Virus record (IMG/VR): IMGVR_UViG_3300045125_000064
Location: 100,383 to 164,382 of that record
DNA length: 64,000 nt
From: a virus
Direction: 5' to 3' (one strand)
In this document: piece by piece, positions 12,371 through 25,023 of the stretch
How the letters are laid out: the number at the start of each line of letters is the position of its first letter
Position numbering within the stretch: the first letter of the stretch is position 1
Notes under the pieces: generated by a model
The model's input: the letters and a program-made list of their open reading frames with translations, nothing else
What the model was told of the DNA's origin: nothing
The model's database searches: none
Position numbers and translations under genes: made by a program

Positions 12371-13050
12371 AGGGGGAGAATAAAGCCAATGCTGCCATTA
12401 GCAAGAACAGAAACATTTCTTATCGAAGCTATTTTCCAGACTTTAAGGTCGTGAAAAAGTCTGAATCCTCGCATAATTGAAACATTGGGTAAAATCTATT
12501 CTTAATAAGTTATTCATGACAAATTATACAACAACAACTGGACAAACAGTATGAGTTACCAGATAATTGGGAAAACTATACTGATATCCTAAAAAGTTGC
12601 AATATTATTTCGTGAAGCTGTTAAAACATATGTTTGACCGTGAACAATCTGGATTATGCGTTTTCTTCATCCTATTTGATGCCTCAGATTCTATCTCCTG
12701 CTAATCTATTTTTTGCATTTTTAAATTTTGTGGTTTTTGGATTTTTTGATTTTTCTATTTCCAGTTCCGTCTGTCTGGAGACTGAATTGGGAAACTGAGA
12801 GGCTATACAATGTTATCAATGATATGCCATCATATTCTTACATTTTGGGCGGACTTCCAGACACCAAGACAATGGCAAGGAACTTCACAACTGGAAGTTA
12901 TTATTGGATGTGGCCATTCAAAGATTCGGCGTATCTTCGACTTGGTGACATATTAAGAAGAGTCGTTAATAATGAAATTCTTTATGATACCCACAAAATG
13001 CAAAAATTTGTTCTGGAATGCAAAAAATTCTATGAGGAAATCATTAAGAG

Positions 13051-13269
13051 ATGGAACATATTAAAGAAGAAGAAATAAAAGAAATAATTGAGGAAGTTTT
13101 ATCTGAAATCATTGTAAAAGTTGGTGATAAATATTGTCTAAAATCTGTCAAAAAGAATAAGAAAGGCAAGAGGAAAATCTTGGCTGTTATCCTTCAAGAA
13201 GTGGCGCAGAACATAGAGAGAAACAGGTCAATTGATTTCAAAAACGTGGAAAAAGAAGGTGTAGAATGA
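13051..13269 (+). CDS. Small basic hypothetical protein
   Basis: IKEIIEEVLSE N-terminus, KVGDKYCLKS and a Lys-rich core; frameshifted 3' end. Confidence 0.5.
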   Translation: MEHIKEEEIKEIIEEVLSEIIVKVGDKYCLKSVKKNKKGKRKILAVILQEVAQNIERNRSIDFKNVEKEGVE

Positions 13270-13654
13270 ATGAAATAATAATCAGACTGGTTCAGTTTGA
13301 AACAACAATTGAGAATATTCCACTGGCAGACAAGGATCATATGCAAGACATAAAGCATTTGGTGAAAAGTATGATAGCATTGGTTCATTGATTGATCAAT
13401 TTGTCGAAACGTCAATGGGAAAGACAGTTAATTCAGCACAAACTGCTGGAGAAAAATTCCAGTTTGGCGGAAATTCAATAAAGCTTCAAAATATAAATCA
13501 AATGAATGTTTTGGATTATATTGACGAATTCATTTCAGGGTTGAACCAGTTGAGTTCCATATTTGATGAAAAGACGGATACAGATATATTGAATATCAGA
13601 GATGAGATGTTGCAAGAAGCAAATCATTTGAAATATCTACTGTCTCTACAATAA
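13266..13654 (+). CDS. Ferritin-like DUF5856-type phage protein (frameshifted)
   Basis: LRIFHWQT..HKAFG..YD....IDQFVET.MGK and TDILNIRDEML.EANHLKYLLSL. Confidence 0.7.
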
Positions 13655-13661
13655 GAGGAAA

Positions 13662-14221
13662 ATGAAAAATAAGGCACTGTTTACCTCCAATTCAGATGAA
13701 TGGGGAACACCACAGATTTTTTTGATGGATTGGAAAAGAATCTACTAAATTATGGTTATTCTGAAGAAGAATTTATGAAGGGTGCTCCGCATAGAAAATA
13801 TGAGAGATTCACGCTAGACCCATGTTCGTCGCATTCAAATCATAAATGTGATAATTATTTTACACTTGAAGATGATGGTCTAAGCAGAAGCTGGCAAGGA
13901 GAAACTGTCTTTGTCAACCCTCCATATTCAGATATTTCATCTTGGGTTGATAAATGTATTGAAGAGAGTAAGAAAGGTGGAGTATGGATCTTTTTACTTG
14001 TTCCATCAAGAACAGATACTAAACACTTTGAAAAATGTTTTGATAATGCTGTTTCTGTCAATTTTGTTCATGGAAGATTAAAGTTTGGAAATAGCAAAAA
14101 TTCAGCACCTTTTCCAAGTGTTTTATTTGAGTTTTGTCAATCTTCAATGCCTTCTCGCAGAATTCACTTAATATCAAAAACTGGTAATTACATATATGAC
14201 GAAGAAGAAACAACAGAATAA
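13662..14221 (+). CDS. Phage DNA N6-adenine methyltransferase (Dam-like family)
   Basis: SDEWGTP N-terminus (shifted frame), FTLDPC, SWQGETVFVNPPYS, LLVPSRTDT, GRLKFG, APFPS. Confidence 0.9.
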
Positions 14222-14396
14222 AGTAAGAACATCTTTTAGAATCACGGAAAGACAAAAAGAAAATGTTCTTATCAGAGCAAAATCAGAAAAGTTAAACTTT
14301 TATAGATTCTTGGCATTTATAATGGAAGAATATTATAAAGGTGACAATAAACATATTGACCAACTTATTAAGCTTTACAAAACATCATATTGTTGA
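14196..14396 (+). CDS. Small putative ribbon-helix-helix DNA-binding protein
   Basis: VRTSFRITERQKENV (beta-strand then helix), 66 aa, basic. Confidence 0.4.
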   Translation: MTKKKQQNKVRTSFRITERQKENVLIRAKSEKLNFYRFLAFIMEEYYKGDNKHIDQLIKLYKTSYC

Positions 14397-14643
14397 TTCC
14401 TACCAAGTTAGACCATTTTTGGAGAAATATCAATATATTTCAAAGATTAAAGACAAAAAGTAAGAGAAGAAACAAACAAGATAGAAAAATTTGACATCAA
14501 ACAAAAAGAAGCATACACTTATGAGGATATCTACGAAAAAGAAGTCTCATATGATTTCAGTGAAACTCTAAGTAAAAAAGAAATCGAAGCTTTGTATAAG
14601 TTTTTTGAAGATGAAGAAGATGTGTCATTTAATGAGGAAGAAG

Positions 14644-14871
14644 ATGAAGTGTGATGAATATTGTGAATTAGAAGAACATATATGCATATCTAAATCTTGT
14701 AGATATTATATAACTTCTGAACAAGATTTTAATTGTTGTCTAATCTCAGCAAGGAAGGGACCGCAATCTTTAAGAGAGATTTCTAATAAAATTGGAATAA
14801 GTTATGTCTCAGTTCATCAGCTTGAAGAAAAGATATTATCAAAACTTAAGAAAAGAAAGCTTTTGGATTAG
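14644..14871 (+). CDS. Small Cys-rich protein with sigma70 region-4-like HTH
   Basis: CDEYC...C.SKSC...NCC followed by SLREISNKIGISYVSVHQLEEKILSKLKK. Confidence 0.65.
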   Translation: MKCDEYCELEEHICISKSCRYYITSEQDFNCCLISARKGPQSLREISNKIGISYVSVHQLEEKILSKLKKRKLLD

Positions 14872-14919
14872 CACCAACTATTTATATTAGACTAATCACT
14901 TAAAGGAGTGCAAATTAAC

Positions 14920-15816
14920 ATGAAACAACAAGTTATGCTAGAAGATAAAGAAATTAAACGACTAATGAAACTTTCTGGAACAGGCAAATATTCAAAGAAA
15001 GTTCTTTCAGAGAAAAAAGAAAGAGAAATGAAAGAGCAGCAGATTGATGAAGGTGATTCCTGCGAAGTTCAGGAAGAAGAAACTGTTGATGAAACCATTG
15101 ATCCAGGTAACGGCAAAGTAGAAACTGGTAATCATGATGGTAGCGGTCCAGATCAAAAGACTCCAGGAAATATTGCTGGAAAAGCCAAAAAAGTTCCAAT
15201 TAAGACCAACAACAATACTGGTGATCTAAAACCAGCAAAACAACCTGATTCAGATGCTCCAGTTAAATTACCAGCAAAAGGTAAGGCAAAGATTAATGAA
15301 TCAGCCAAACTTGATAAAGAAATCGAAAGACTCTTGAGAGAAATTGATGAGTTGGAAGATGACGAAACTGATGTTGGTCCAGAAGGTGGTGATCTGGGTT
15401 CAGACCCTTCAATGGATGAACCAGATGTTGATGGAACTGATGCCCCACAAACTGACGGTTCAGAAAAGAGTGCATTGAAAGACTTCTGCAAAAAGTTGCA
15501 CAAGCTGCTCAGGAATCATTTGGAATTGAAGTCCAAGTTGAAGATTCAGAAGGTATGGGTGATATGGAAGGTGATGAAATGGCTCCACCAGAAGGTGATA
15601 TGGGTCTTGATTCATTAGAAGGTGGTGAAGAAGGTGGTTTAGGTGGTGGCGATATGGGTGGTGAAATGCCTCCAGAAGAAGATGAAGAAATGCCTCCAAT
15701 GAGCCAAAAAACAATTGAAAGAAGCACATGAAAGATTGGTTCGCAAATTGACCAAAGAAGTCTATGGTCGTTTGACTGCTGCTCAAAAGAAAGTGCAAGC
15801 AAAGAAAGGCAAATAA
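14920..15816 (+). CDS. Acidic low-complexity late protein, scaffold/prohead-core-like (frameshifted)
   Basis: EIKRLMKLSG N-terminus, long D/E/G/P-rich tracts, ACTATTTA at 14877, strong AAGGAG RBS, terminator downstream. Confidence 0.45.
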
Positions 15817-15853
15817 TCTTTCATAACAATTTAAAATGATTGGTCTATAGGAG

Positions 15854-15879
15854 AGGGGTGGGGCATACCACCCCTTTTC
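15854..15879 (+). terminator. Rho-independent terminator
   Basis: aggggtgg-ggcata-ccacccct stem followed by TTT. Confidence 0.75.
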
Positions 15880-15885
15880 ATTTAT

Positions 15886-16251
15886 ATGCACATAAAAATC
15901 AATAACAATCCATATATAGTATTTTCTGTTGCAGTATCTGATGAAGAAAAGGCTGAAGGACTTTTACCTTATAACTTTTTGCCGAATGGTTATTGTATGT
16001 TGTTTGATTATTTAAAAGATACAAGCAAAGACAAAAATTTCACAATGAAAGGAATGAAATTTCCAATTGATATGATTGGTCTTGATGAAAATTTTATTGT
16101 TCAGCAAATTTATGCACAATGTCAGCCAAATGAACAAAAATTATTTTTATTTGGACAAGAATGCAAATATGTGCTAGAATGTAAGAGCGGGACGGTAAGT
16201 AGGAATAGAGTTTCTCTTGGCGATAAATTAGAATTTATAGGTGATGAATGA
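15886..16251 (+). CDS. DUF192 family protein
   Basis: VAVS.EEKAEGL...GYCMLF...FTMKGMKFPIDMIGLD...YVLE..SG pattern. Confidence 0.8.
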   Translation: MHIKINNNPYIVFSVAVSDEEKAEGLLPYNFLPNGYCMLFDYLKDTSKDKNFTMKGMKFPIDMIGLDENFIVQQIYAQCQPNEQKLFLFGQECKYVLECKSGTVSRNRVSLGDKLEFIGDE

Positions 16252-17884
16252 TTTTAGAGAAGGAACAACTTTTAGAAACAATTAGAAATGTGTGCTTAAC
16301 ATATAAGAATATAGTTGGTGCAACCCTTGGGCCAAAAGGTCAGCATGTGATCATGGGGGAAGAAAATCCCTATATTACCAAGGACGGAATCACGGTGGCA
16401 AAAGCACTGATTGATTCTCTGTCAACTCCCCAGGAAAAGGCAATTGCAAAATTGTATGACACAAGCATCCCAAAAGACAATGGATGAAGCTGGGGATGGG
16501 ACAACTTCAACAATTATCTTTTTAACAGAGATTTTGGAGCAGTTATATCAAGAAACAAGATATGCTGGAACCATTTCAACAACAAAATTGAAATCTGGAA
16601 TTGATGATGCAATTGAACAGATTGTTCAATATTTTGAGCACAATAAAGAACAAATTGAAACAGAAGAAGATCTAAAGAACATTTCTTTAATTTCAACAAA
16701 TGGTGATGAAAAATTATCCAATTTGATTGTTGAAGCATTCTCCGCAGTTGGTAGAGATGGTTCAATTGTTATTGAAGAATCAAAGTCAGCAAATATCACA
16801 ACTTTGGAAGTGAAAGAAGGTTATACTTTTGAATCTGGATATGTTGCTCAAGCCTTCTCAAATGTTGAAGGACAAGCAATTGCAAGACACAATGGAGCTT
16901 TCGTTCTTGTTTGTGATGAAGTGATAAGTGATATTATCAAAGTTGCTCATGTGATATCTTTGCTAATTAAGCAGAATAAACCACTTGTCATTATTGCAGA
17001 TGATATAACTGGTGCAGCACTTGCTGCATTGATTTTGACAAATGAAAAGGCAAAGAAAGGAATTGCAGACAACCTCAGAGTTTTTGTGTGTTAAAGCACC
17101 ATCATTTGGTGTGGAAAGATATGAATATCTAAAGGATATTGCTGTTGCAACAGGAGCAAAATATTTCTCAGCAACAAATGGGAATAAACTTGAAAAGTTT
17201 GCACCAGCAGACTTGGGTTTTGTTGAATTTGTTGAATGTGGCAAATATTACACAACATTGGTTGGCGGAAAAGCAAAACAAGATGAATTGAAATCAAGAA
17301 TTGATGAATTACAATCTTTGATTGAACAAGAACCATCAGAAGGTGCCTGTAAATTGCTTATGAAGAGAATGAACAAACTAAATTCGGCAGTAGCTGTTAT
17401 TAAGGTTGGAGGGAATACTCATTCAGAACTCATTGAGGTTAAACACAGAGTTGAAGATGCTTTATGCGCTTTGAGAACATCAATCAAATCTGGTTTTCAT
17501 GCTGGTGGTGGTCTAACTGCTGCAAGGGCTGGATATAATGCATCTATGTTCAGAACTTCTGAAGGTGAATCTTATGATGCTGGATATAATGCAATTTGTA
17601 ATGCAATGTCGGCACAATTTTGGCATCTTGTTAACAACTCTTGGTCTTGATACAAATCTATTGCTAGATGGTGTTGAGATTGAAGGAAAGAGATTGTTAT
17701 TTGGTTTAGTAGAATTCTTTGAAGAAGAGTGGGGAATTGACTTTGCAACAGAAAAGGAATTGATAATATGAGAGCTGTTGGAATTGTTGAACCTTTACAG
17801 GTTTCTGTTTCCAGCATAAAAAATGCAGCTTCAGCAGCTTTTCCATTGTTTTACTCCGCAGCACTCTTAATTAAACAAGATTAA
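16248..17884 (+). CDS. groEL: GroEL-like chaperonin (frameshifted)
   Basis: TLGPKG, ITKDGITVAK, EAGDGTTSTI, KAPSFG, DIAVATG, AVIKVGG, RVEDAL, AGGG. Confidence 0.9.
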
Positions 17885-17916
17885 ACTATTTATATAGAAA
17901 TCTTGTTTAATAGGAG
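17870..17916 (+). promoter_or_regulatory. ACTATTTA motif inside a 13-bp hairpin abutting the RBS
   Basis: attaaacaagatt (17870-17882) / aatcttgtttaat (17899-17911); motif 17885-17892; AGGAG 17912-17916; ATG 17925. Confidence 0.65.
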
Positions 17917-18951
17917 ACTGAACAATGGCGAATATCAATGAACAATTAATGTTGGAAGAACTTCAATCTATTAATAGAAAATTGGATTTAGTTCATACAC
18001 TTGATACAAAGATGAAGGCATTAAAGTAAGTCAAGCAAGTACAGAAGAAGAAATAAAGAAATTAGAATCCAAATTGAATATTATTAATGATCCAGATAAA
18101 GGTCTTTATTCAAGAATTAATGCATTGGAAATTTGGAAAAAGAAATTGAAGATAAATTGGCAAGATACAGAAGCTGGATTAAATGGCTTGTCACAACAAC
18201 TGTTGTTGGAGCAGCCACAGCAATTTATGAATTTATAACAAGAAAGTAAGAGGAAAAATGTCAGATATTTTAAGTTTTGAGAAGCAGTCATTTGAGAAGA
18301 AAGCACAAATATTTTTGAAAATATTAAAGAGTGAAGCGCAGCTTCCAGCGAAAAGTAGAAAAGGTTCAATATCTTGACAATGTAGCTGTTGTCCCAATTG
18401 GTCTTGAAGGAGAAAATCAAGCTCCTGAACTTCAGGAAATTTTATTAGTAGCTCTTTCAAGAATTGTATCAACCAGGAAGATTTGGTGCAATTTGATAGA
18501 TTCCTTGGATGATTGTCAGAATGCAATCAATGGCGTGATTTTTCCACAACCTGAACCAACAGTTGTAACAGAAGAACAAAAAGATGAACAACAAGCCTAA
18601 CAGAAAAGATCAATTTTCAAAAAAGCTTCAACCTTTTATAAGATTAAAGCTGAAAAAATTAAACTTTTATCGCAACAAGTTGATAAAATTCAAAGTGTTG
18701 CATTCTCTCTTCAAGAGTTTCTTTGAAAGATGATTATAAAAGGAATATGCTTGAGGAAATTGAAATCTTTCTTGGCGATGTAAAGGAAAGGCTTCAGACA
18801 TATATTGACTTTGCTAATGATTCAAGTTTAAAAGATGAAATTATTCTGACAATTGATCAGATGAATTCTCTTAATGCAATGAATAAACTTTTGAAAAGAA
18901 AAGATCGAAGAACTTCAATCATATGGCATTTCATTGGAATACCATTAATTT

Positions 18952-19260
18952 ATGAATTTTATATATGTGTTTCTGTTTGGTACGATTTCTAATTGTATCA
19001 CATGGTTTGGTTTTAATTGTCAATTCTTGAAAAACTGGCCATTTTCTACATATTGGACAATTGTCGTCTCAATGTTTTTAGCTGCAAATATCACACACTA
19101 TTCCTATAGCAAATATGTAGACAATGATGCTTCCTCATGGAGTTTGAGATGGATAATGTTTGTTGCAAATATCCTTCCAATGATCATATTAACAAGTGTA
19201 ATTCGCGGAGAAGAGTTTATGACATTAAAAACTCTATATCTGTTTTCTTATCCTTGTTAA
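18952..19260 (+). CDS. Hypothetical multi-pass membrane protein
   Basis: Three to four hydrophobic segments in about 100 aa. Confidence 0.45.
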   Translation: MNFIYVFLFGTISNCITWFGFNCQFLKNWPFSTYWTIVVSMFLAANITHYSYSKYVDNDASSWSLRWIMFVANILPMIILTSVIRGEEFMTLKTLYLFSYPC

Positions 19261-20860
19261 TTTTATTTGTGCAAACAATGCTTTAGCATCATCTTGCTCC
19301 AAAGAATCAATTGTTAAATCATTCCCAAATGTTTCTTTTGATGTGAATAAAGCTGCTCAAGAATTTGAACCTTATCCACAGATTGAAATAAAAGATGATA
19401 ATCGCCTCTTCCAGAACCAATCTGCAATGCAATTATAATTTCTCTGCCAATGTTTGGAGAATCAGTTAAGCAATTAAGAATCTATTTTGCATGAATGTAA
19501 TCAAGAATGGTGGATATGAAATCAGTGGTTTGTATCACAAAAAAGGTGTTGTTATTATTGCATGGTATGCTCATGATGTGAATAATATCATTGGTTTTCT
19601 GCAGGGTTATATTCCATGAACTCTCATCTTATGTTATCCGAAAATTTGATTTTTATTTTAATCTTTGAGACAAGCGAACATTATAAATTTATGACAGAAG
19701 GTAATTGTGAAGAAAAGAAGAAGGATATTTCTTTGCAAATGCAAAAGAATGTCGTTCTTCAGAGCCAAAATATTTGAAATGTGGAGTCGTTCAGGGATAT
19801 GGTACTTCAACTGCGGAAAATGATTTCAATACTTATGCTGAATTTTATTATTTGGAGAGATATAAGCTTGACGCTTTTGCAGAGCAATATCCCCAGATTA
19901 AAATCAAATATGAGCTATTCAAAAGAATTATGAATTTTGTGAGGTAATAATAAAATGATTTTTGGCAAATTTACTGTTTGTGTCATTGACAAAAATGATG
20001 GCAAACTGTATAAATACAATAAAGATAATCTTATGGCTGCAACTGGATTGTCTAATTTATATAATGCAACTGGCCACCAATCTTGGGTTGATAGGAATTT
20101 AAGGCAGCCTCTTAATGAAGAAAAAGTTAAGAATGATTATAAGAAACTCAAGAAGATTCTCAAAGATGAAGAAAAAATGGTTATGCTGAAATTGACTCAT
20201 TTCTGGATGATGTTAATGAAGAAATTGAGTGGGATGATGAATGAACGCAATATGTTGGAAACATTGGGAAGATAAATGTTATCTTCTCCAAATTAATGCA
20301 GTCAAAACCAAGCAAGATTTCTCTTATATCAAAGAGATTCTTGAAGGGTGTGAAATATTTTGTTCAGGATATTCAGCAAACAAAGAAGAATATGTTCAAA
20401 CATATAAGATATATGCAGAAACTGAAGCAGATTTATTTGAATGGATAAAACAAGTCAGCTTTCCAATTATATTTGAGAACTCCAGAGGAAGAAAAATAGA
20501 GGTCAATTATGCTTCTGAAACGAAAAAAGATAAACCTGCAACAAAAAGCAGGAAGTCCAACAAGCAATCAAAATAGTCTTGCAACCAACTCAAAAAACCT
20601 GTATAATGTAGAGGATGACGATGGATTGTCTTTTCAAGACGTTCTCTGTGTTGGGGATATTATAAAATCAAACAATAAATATGGAATCATCTGTCATGCA
20701 GAATTGTTAACTAGATGTGGCACAGTGTTGTCAAATCCAGTTCAAGTTTTGTGGGCAGATGAAGGCTTATATACACTTTCAAATGAAACAATAGGTTATG
20801 AAATGTTGGTTTATGCCAATCCAGAAGGAATGGTAAAATTAATAAATTCTGAGGTGTTAT

Positions 20861-21392
20861 ATGGATGAGAACCGGAATATTCTTCCCAAATTTGCTCATT
20901 GGCCAACAGAAGAAATCAAGGCCCACTTGAAGAAGGAATCTTTTCCTTTTGCTGTTTTGATGGAACATTTCACTGGAGATTTTAATATTTCCTCTGTCCT
21001 TCTGGAGTTGTAATGCCCTGAATGGCAGGGAAATGTTCTATTATGGTGGAAGTAAGAAATACGATCGCAGAGGAACAGTTGGCACTCATCATTATACAAA
21101 TTTAAATTTTGTTAATTCAAAAGATGAACTTGTTAAACTAAAAGACAAGTATACATTTGTTGCGCTTGAGAACACAGTTCCAGGAGCACAATCATTAGAT
21201 GGCTACGTTTGGCCAAAAAATCCATTGATTATTGTTGGTGAAGAAGGTTGTGGGATCACACAAGAAATGCTTGATCTCTGCGATGATTATGTCTATATCC
21301 AGCAATATGGCTCAGTTCCTTCATTTAATGCTGCTGTGGCAGCAAGCATTGCAATGAATGATTTCGTTGTGAAGTATAAGAAAAATAACTAG
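20861..21392 (+). CDS. SpoU/TrmH-family RNA 2'-O-methyltransferase (frameshifted)
   Basis: DFNISSVLRSCNA (motif 1), IIVGEEGCGI (motif 2), IQQYGSVPSFNAAVAASIAM (motif 3). Confidence 0.85.
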
Positions 21393-21399
21393 GTTAACA

Positions 21400-22769
21400 A
21401 TGACACAAAAAATAGATTATCAACAACTAGCAGCAGAGTTCTTAGAAAAATCAATTATTAAGTATATTCCAAAATCTGCCAAGAAACAATATCTTGCAAC
21501 AGATTTTCTGGATCTTCAATCCAGATTCAATATTTCAATTGAAGTGGAATTGGAAACTGATAACGGTTTATATGGTTCCAGAGAGGATACTTGGGATTAT
21601 GATTATTATCGAGAAGCTGCCATAGAAAATCTTTGTTCAGATCGCTATAGCCTGGAACAACAGTTCCAAGATTTGAAATTAGGAGACATTGACGTTTTTG
21701 ATGATATCATTGATACTTTGACGTATCCAACGACTTCTTCTGATGAAGAAAAATCAAATTTTTGATGCAATATGGCCAAGAAAACACTTGGATCGAAGAC
21801 CTTTCAGAACTTTATGATTATCCTTCTTTTTCATCAGAACAAGAATTAAAAGACCTTCTAAAACTGAAGGTGGCATCAATATTTCTATCAAGAAGGATGA
21901 TATTAGTTCCTGTGATGTATCAGATTTTGACCAATATGATGGATTTTTTATTAATGCTCTTGGTTTCAGACTATCAAGAAAATTGGACCAATGCTGCGAA
22001 ACATATGTTGATGATATTCTGAATTCTGAGGCAGAGGACTTATCAGAATCTGATATCAGAAACTATATTGAAGAAATTACGATCCAGATGATTGCGAGGA
22101 TAGTCACGGTGATCTTCAAACCGTTGCGGAAGATGATCTCCCAAGATTATTTTCTAGGTTTGGAGAACACATTTCTGTGTACGAAGATGGGTCCATTTCC
22201 AGAGGTTATGAACTGGCAATTGATGGTTCAAAAGTTGCTCTGAGAGGAATTTCAGAAGCTTTGGAATTTATTGATCTTCTTTATAAAGATTTGGAATATT
22301 CTGATGCTCATATGGATCAATCAACTGGACTTCATATTAATATCAGCTATGCAACGGATCTTAAATGACAGATTTAATAACAAAAAATATGGCTGGGATT
22401 TCTTCTATCCAGAAAAAGCATTTGTCTTTTTGAATGAAGATGTTGTTTATGAAAAACTGCCATCAACAAGAGCAGAGTCAAAATGGTGTGATTCCATCCA
22501 AGAATGCTTCACAAATTATGCAGATTCTCATAAAAATAATGTCCTTGAGCCCAGAATATTTAAGAAGTGTTTTATGTCATGATTTTCCTGGTTGGTATAA
22601 CACCAAAAATTATGGATTCAATTATAAATATCTTTCAAACAGAAAGTATATTGAATTTCGATATCCAGGGCATGATATTAAGAAAGAAGAAGTCCTTCAA
22701 CTTTTAGGCTATTTCTGTCATATTACCAGATTGGCAATGGATAAAGAATACCTAGTGGAAAGAATATAA
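21400..22769 (+). CDS. Putative amidoligase (COOH-NH2 ligase) domain protein (several frameshifts)
   Basis: SIEVELE, EDGSI..GYEL, STGLHINIS and YIEFRYPG motifs in order. Confidence 0.65.
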
Positions 22770-22776
22770 TTCCAAA

Positions 22777-23610
22777 GTGTATTCTTACATAACAAAAGTT
22801 TTTAAACTTAATAAGAATAACGATAGCAAAATTAATGCTATCCAAAGATATAGACTATTTGCATCCTTAAGAAAAGAGAACCTTCTTCTTGTTAGTAAAG
22901 ATAAACTACATTCTCTTTTTGGTCATTATGACAATTCAATAAGTACGGATTATTTGATTGTAAAACCAGATTATTATAACTTCCAATTTTGGAAGGATTT
23001 GATTAAAGAATCAACTTATTCAGAATCTCGTTGTATCGAGAAAATGTCATATGAATATATTTTCCACAATTATGCATTTTTGGTGAAAACTTCATTGCCA
23101 AGTCAGAAAACAAGTTTTAACTTGGTTCTATTCGCTAACAGTGGATCAAGAGTGACAGTCAGCAAATCTTCTCGTATTGTTCTGGATAATTCCACCAATA
23201 TTGAACTTGCAACAAAAAATTTGATTCCATTGTCTAAAATGTCCAAACTGTTTGTCGCATCAGGATATTCTGGGAATATTAATCCAGAGGCTTTTGAACA
23301 TACATACTCTGCTGTGAGACGGAATATTGAAAATATATTTGATTTCAGCATTATTAAAAAGTGTTTTTCTGCTGATGAAAATGAGGACAACAGAAAAGAA
23401 TATTATCCTTTGGGAGCAAATTATCCATATATTGTCCGTGCTGCAAATTATGGAAGCTTTTCAGGATATAGATTTGGAAATTATGATGATCCCAGAGATT
23501 TTGGAACCAAAGGACAAGATGTTGCAAAGACAGAATCTCTGCCATTTTCTAATACAGAACCTTCTTTGTTTTGTTCAAATTTCAACATATCATTAAATGC
23601 CGCAGCTTAA
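22777..23610 (+). CDS. Hypothetical protein
   Basis: Uninterrupted 277-aa ORF in the + strand gene train; no recognised motif. Confidence 0.5.
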   Translation: MYSYITKVFKLNKNNDSKINAIQRYRLFASLRKENLLLVSKDKLHSLFGHYDNSISTDYLIVKPDYYNFQFWKDLIKESTYSESRCIEKMSYEYIFHNYAFLVKTSLPSQKTSFNLVLFANSGSRVTVSKSSRIVLDNSTNIELATKNLIPLSKMSKLFVASGYSGNINPEAFEHTYSAVRRNIENIFDFSIIKKCFSADENEDNRKEYYPLGANYPYIVRAANYGSFSGYRFGNYDDPRDFGTKGQDVAKTESLPFSNTEPSLFCSNFNISLNAAA

Positions 23611-23619
23611 CGAGGAATA

Positions 23620-24785
23620 ATGCTAAAAACAGATTTTCACACTTTATCAAAAGTGATTTATCCAATTATGCAGCAGAAATATCCAATTATGCTTCGAGGA
23701 AAGCATGGTATTGGCAAGTCTGAAATTGTTGTTCAACTTGCTAAATATATTGGTGTTTCAGCTCTTATTGATAAAAGAGCTTCACAAATGCAAGAAGGTG
23801 ATTTGCTTGGTCTGCCAAAATTGTTTGAGACTGATTCAAAGGTTGAAACTGTTTGGTATCCACCAGATTGGTATAATAAGGCTTGCGAAAGTCCTTGCAT
23901 TCTATTCCTTGATGAATTGGATAGAGCTTCACCAGAAGTAAGACAAGGATTTTTTGAGCTTGCAGATTCAAGAAAATCAATGGAAAATCACTACATCCAG
24001 ATACATATGTGATGGCTGCAATCAATGGTGGTTCAGGAACAGATTATCAAACATATGAACTTGATCCAGCAGAAGCAGATCGGTGGGTTTTCTTTGATGT
24101 TGAACCATCAAAAGATGATTTTATCAAGTATCTATCTGGGGAACAGACAGTCTTTGATATTAATAATGTCTTTGATGAAGTTTCATGCAAAACAAGAGTT
24201 CCACAGGTTATTATTGACTTTTTGGAGCAATTTCCTCAATATATCGAACATGGCTCAGAATTTCTTGTGAATCGGATTTATCCTTCAAGACGTTCTTGGT
24301 TTCGGTTTGGCAAGGTGTTGCAACGATCAAAGTATTTCTGCAATCCAGATAAAGATGGAACATTTAACAAAGAGCTTCTTATTCTCTGCAATGCATTTGT
24401 TGGAGAAGATGCTGCAACAAAATTTGTCAGCTATTATTCCAATTATTTGGATATGATGCATGTTAATTTTCATTTATCAAAAGAAGAGCTAGTTTCATTA
24501 TTAAAAACAATGTCTTTGGGGACAAGAATTTTTGTTATGCAAAATCTCTTTCTTTCAAAGAAGGTTGAACAAGCGATCTTGGATAAGAATTATAAAGAAA
24601 ATGTTCTTGCGATGTTTGATGAAGTGATCGGTTCAGAAGAAAAATCTTTCTTTATCAACTGTATGCTTTCATCAAAAAATGATGAACTTATCCAATGTCT
24701 TGCAGAACATGATTCTGTATCTGCATTCTTGCTAGTTTATGCAAAGGAAGCAAAGGAAAAATATGAAACTATTAAAAGAAATTAA
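23620..24785 (+). CDS. MoxR-like AAA+ ATPase (frameshifted)
   Basis: MLRGKHGIGKS Walker A, EGDLLGLP, PPDW, ILFLDELDRA Walker B, LDPAEADRW, PSRRSW. Confidence 0.85.
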
Positions 24786-25023
24786 ACTAAATTTCAGCAT
24801 TCTGCTGATATTAGTTTATTGCAAATATCAAGAATTGGACTTGCTTTGCTTGTGTTTGACTCCTTCCTTGAAGGAAAAATGAATGTTATATTCAAGGATA
24901 AAGAAGCATTTGATAAATTTTTTGAAGAATACAAGGTTTTCAATAACCTAAGAGATAAGGTGATCACAAGCAGGATGACTCCAGAACAGAAAGAAATGAA
25001 AGAAACTTTTGAAGGAGTTTCAT

